From assembly GCA_951406725.2 (NCBI GenBank), contig OX597814.1, positions 163,308,001 to 163,372,000 on the forward strand: DNA of 64,000 nucleotides. The letters are read 5' to 3'. The DNA is from Octopus vulgaris. Lineage: Eukaryota. Shown one piece after another: positions 59,932 through 64,000 of the stretch. Both the position numbers and the translations under genes were made by a program. The notes beneath the pieces are model-generated. The model worked only from the letters and a program-made list of their open reading frames with translations, was not told the DNA's origin and searched no databases. Within the stretch, counting starts at the first letter, position 1. Each line of letters opens with the position of its first letter.

Positions 59932-61740
59932 TATAATGGTGATATATATAATATAATATATTGCTATACTATTGAAAGTTCAGGTAAACTTCATCACCCA
60001 CTCTCTCTCCCTCCCACTTTCCAGATACAAAAATGAAACTCATTAGTTACCCAATTTCAGTGCCAAAAATGGCAAAGGGAAAGTGCTTTAGTTTTTCAAA
60101 TCTACTCTGCAATCTGAGATTATTATATATATTAGAAGGTTTGGAGATGATGTACAGGTATTTTATATTAGAAGAAATGAGGTACTCAGAAATTCGGATG
60201 GTTTTATATTTACAGATATTTATTTGTACATTACATGTTTTTATACATCATATAACATATCATATATTAGCGCCTTTGCCCTTTCTAGTGGGGTTTTCAA
60301 ATTGAACTAAGTTCTTGGAGAAAAATTTGACCATTTTATAGTGTTATTAAGTGTGTAGTGGTGGGGAGGGATATGAGATAGTACAAGAGGGTGATGAATG
60401 GGGAGAAAGTGAGAGAGAGAGCATGTGTGTGTGTATCTGAAAGAAGTGTTAAAGAAAAAGAAGGCCACAAACTGTTTGTATTTCCTTTTTATCATTGTCT
60501 TGTGAGAGAGTGTGTGTGTGTGTTTGTGTTTTTGTAGCTGAAAAGATTGTTAAGGAGGAATGGTCAAGTTGTTAAAAATAACCAGTCATTGGCTTTTAGC
60601 AGTGGTCAAGCCAGGGATTTTAAGAGGTAGGAAAAAGATATTTTGTTTTAATATTATACTTTTACTTGTTTCGCACACATGCATAAACTTTAACTTTTTT
60701 TTTGTTTTGTTTTTTTTTTAGATTAATTATTTATTATTCTTTATCTCTCCACTGACTTCAGCACCACTATAACGTCTATAACCTCTGCATTTTTACTTAT
60801 TCATTTCAAACTTCTTTTAGTTTTCAATCTAATGTAATCCACACTCTCCCGAAAACATATTTCTGCAAAATGTTATCTAAAAATATGGGTAAAGAAAGAA
60901 ATAGCAAAAAATATTTGAAAATGGAGTGAAATTTCTGAGGGTTCCACCCCACCCCATATGTGGCATATTAGGAGGTCATCATAATTCATTCAATGGAAAA
61001 AAAAATTTCCAATGATTCCAGGATAGGGAAGGGGGGGGTCCGGTTTCCCAACCCCACTTTTTTTTTCCTAACGAAAATAAGGGGTTTGCAGCATATTAGG
61101 TGGTCAGAGTATTTGATTCCATGCAAAAATCTGAGGTTTTTTTTTTTAGTGAAAATCATGTGGATGTACTTTCTAAAGAAAGGGGGGGGGTTATTTCCGA
61201 GGGTTCCACCCCACCCTGTTTTCCGGACTTAAAAAAGGGTTTTGTGGCATATTGGGATAATTATAAATACTAAAACACTGTAGGGAAAAGTTAGTTGGCA
61301 AAAAGGAGATGACACAGAGGCAACCACAGACAGAATATAGTTAGTGAGATAATTCAACTGAGAAAAGGCTCTCAGTGAGAATGTCAACTATGATAGTGTC
61401 TTATCCCAACACCACTGCTGTTTGAATGTCAGGCACAATGAAGGTATCATTTTATCGACTTCCTACACTTAGCATTCACTCTTTCTAATTCCTAGTTAGG
61501 CAGCTAGCAGTTGACCAAACATAAACAGCAACAACATACAAGAAAAGATAACTCTGTTGTTTTTATACGATACTCACACCTGCCTGTCAAGGCATGGCAT
61601 TATACAAAGTAACGGTAAATAAGTATTTCTTTACAACTTCAATCACTGTTCTTCTTCCATCTTGCACATCTGCAGCAACAGCCATTAAACTGGTGACCTC
61701 TGATTCCACCTTATCCATACCATTATATATATATATATAT

Positions 61741-61782
<42 letters not shown>

Positions 61783-61828
61783 ATGAAATTATTGTATACA
61801 GTGCTCAGATGCACCATAGATGCATATA

Positions 61829-62219
61829 TATATTATATTAAATTAGAGATAAAACCACTATTAGGCAAATCATACAATGAAAAACTTAAGCCAATACATA
61901 AGATTAATTAATTTATATTATTTTAAATATATATCAAAATTATTAAAAAAAGATAATGAGTATAACACTACGATCGTTTCATGGCTGTCCAATTTGTAAA
62001 AATTTGAGTTACAGTCAATCACCTGAAGATTGACTGTAACTCAAATTTTTACGAATTGGACAGCCATGAAACGATCGTAGTGTTATACTCATTATCTTTT
62101 TTTAATAATTTTGATATATATTTAAAATAATATAAATTAATTAATCTTATGTATTGGCTTAAGTTTTTCATCGTATGATTTGCCTAATAGTGGTTTTATC
62201 TCTAATTTAATATAATATA
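61829..62219. repeat. Near-perfect 192-bp palindrome (7-nt loop); probable inverted Penelope pLTR
   Basis: Arms 61829-62020 and 62028-62219; two mismatches seen by eye; loop ACCTGAA. Confidence 0.9.
62017..62084 (+). ncRNA. Minimal type I hammerhead ribozyme motif at the apex of the palindrome
   Basis: CAC-CTGAAGA-t-TGACTGT..ACAGCCA-t-GAAA-CGATCG-TA-GTG; palindromic stem III ACGATCGT, triplet GUA; the base of stem II is imperfect. Confidence 0.6.
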
Positions 62220-62296
62220 ATATTTTACTATAAAATTGGATTCAATCCTAAATCTGATTTTTCCCTGTAAGTTTGGATTTATTCCCTAATATTTTA

Positions 62297-62338
<42 letters not shown>

Positions 62339-62698
62339 TGTGTGTGTGTGTGTGTGTGTATGTATATGTTTGTCCCACCACCATTGCTTGACAACCAATG
62401 CAAGTGTGTTTACGTCCCTGTAATTTAGCAGTTTAGCAAAAGAGACCGATAGAATAAGTACTAGATTTACAAAGAATAAGTTCTGGGGTCTTTTGTTCAA
62501 CTAAAGGCGTTGCTCCAGCATGGCTGCAGTCAAATGACTGAAACAAATAAAAGTTATATATACATATATATATGTTAATTAATAAAACAAATGTTTTACA
62601 CCTGGTAACTTACTGGTTAAGAATGGTCACTTTCCCAGTGCTCGTTATGTATATGGTAAATGAAAGACAGAAGATGGAATATATGAGAACTTTTATTA

Positions 62699-62791
62699 AT
62701 GACTACAATTCTTTCAACACATCTAATATCCATACCTCTTTACAACTGGTTCAAGAGCATCCAGTGGTGCAGATGTGTCTCATCAGGTGAT
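62699..62791 (-). ncRNA. Minimal type I hammerhead ribozyme motif (minus strand) in a second pLTR-like inverted repeat
   Basis: Minus strand: ATCAC-CTGATGA-GACACATCT...AGATGTGTT-GAAA-GAATTG-TA-GTCAT. The inverted copy at 62871-62896 preserves AGATGTGTT-GAAA-CAATTG-TC-GTGAT. Confidence 0.65.
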
Positions 62792-63050
62792 AAATAGATA
62801 CAACTCATTAAAATAACAGTTCTGCTATATATTTTCTCATTTCATAAGGAGAAAGCACCAAAATGAAGCTAGATGTGTTGAAACAATTGTCGTGATTAAT
62901 AAAAGTTTTTTTATATTCCATCTTTTATTTACCATGTATATGTATGTATATATATATATATATCAATAATACAGTGATTGTTTCTTATCAGGAACAAAAT
63001 GTTTAATAGGACTGCTATAGAAGTGCTCAATTGAATGAGGCAAATATATC

Positions 63051-63567
63051 AAACTAAGGTTACAGAACAAACAAATGCAAGGTCATCCACATAACATTTC
63101 ATATCTCAAACATTTAATCATAGAATATACATTTATGACATCACGGAAGATGAAACATAACTCATCTGTACAAGCATATAAGAAAGTGCGAGAAAAATGT
63201 GTGAATACAGCTCATCACGGTTAATGTTAATACTTTAGCGATTAAGAAATATATATTTTTTAAAAAACATTACAACACCTAGAAAATAAATACGTAAAAA
63301 TATAGTATAAAGTAATATATAAATATTTAGGTATATAAAAATATATATATATATATATATATATAACATTATATATATATTAAAGTATTAACATTAACCG
63401 TGATGAGCTGTTTTCACACATTTTTCTCGCACTTTCTTATATGCTTGTACAGATGAGTTATGTTTCATCTTTCGTGATGTCATAAATGTATATTCTATGA
63501 TTAAATGTTTGAGATATGAAATGTTATGTGGATGACCTTGCATTTGTTTGTTCTGTAACCTTAGTTT
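63051..63567. repeat. 187-bp near-perfect inverted repeat with a 143-bp AT-rich spacer
   Basis: Arms 63051-63237 and 63381-63567; about two mismatches by eye. Confidence 0.9.
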
Positions 63568-63572
63568 TGTAT

Positions 63573-64000
63573 AGGAGAAGTTCCAGGTGTGGAAGGAGGG
63601 TTTAGAATCGAGGGGCCTTAGAGTCAACCTAGCTAAAACCAAAGTACTAATAAGTAGAAAGGTAGACAATCCACAAATGTCTTCAGGAAGATGGCCCTGC
63701 TCGATCTGTAGAAAAGGTGTACTCTATAAGATGTACCCAGTGTAAGCTATGGACACATAAGAGGTGCAGCAATGTCAAAGGTAGGCTAACTGGGAAGATA
63801 GGTTTCGTATGTGGCAGATGCTCGGGTGCATTGACCTCCGAAAATCTGCAGAAAACAACTTCCGTCACTTTCCAGGGGGAAAAACTAGAAGTAGTTGATA
63901 GCTTCCGTTATCTAGGTGACCAAGTCAGTAGTGGGAGTGGGTGTGCTGAAAGTGTAACTGCTAGAATAAGAATAGCCTGGGCAAAGTTTAGGGAGCTCTT
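63573..64000 (+). mobile_element. RTE LINE RT fragment with PHD-like finger, running off the window
   Basis: EKFQVWKEGLESRGLRVNLAKTK..WPCSICRKG..CTQCKLWTHKRC..FVCGRC..VDSFRYLGD. Confidence 0.88.

Noticed and set aside
61587-61817. Minus-strand ORF containing MDKVESEVTSLMAVAADVQDGRR
   Set aside because: It begins in a (TA)n microsatellite and a CR1 tail remnant, with no acceptor site or homology I can recognise.

Overview
AT-rich, repeat-dense eukaryotic (metazoan) genomic DNA. The SINE and RTE-LINE families look like those of an Octopus/cephalopod genome, which is an inference. The window holds one multi-exon host gene on the + strand, a DNTTIP1 (TdIF1 / MiDAC subunit) orthologue. I reconstruct 14 GT-AG exons from 2372 to 43548 with consistent phases, giving about 1,390 aa. 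The model includes a 2.87-kb exon encoding ~950 aa of low-complexity sequence ahead of the conserved DNTTIP1 core, and a 29-nt AT-hook micro-exon. The rest is transposon-derived: three tRNA-type SINE families, RTE LINEs (with a PHD-like finger inside the RT), a second RTE with three C2H2 fingers, CR1-like, Tx1/L1-like and Penelope-like remnants, Tc1/mariner and piggyBac-like MITEs, and Helentron-like elements. The most notable unannotated signals are three minimal type I hammerhead-ribozyme motifs (one intronic and sense to DNTTIP1), a cluster of long near-perfect inverted repeats at 61.8-63.6 kb, and very long direct repeats (46 and 115 bp) flanking retro-insertions. No CRISPR arrays, rRNA or true tRNA genes were seen. 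All coordinates were read by eye; repeat boundaries are approximate.
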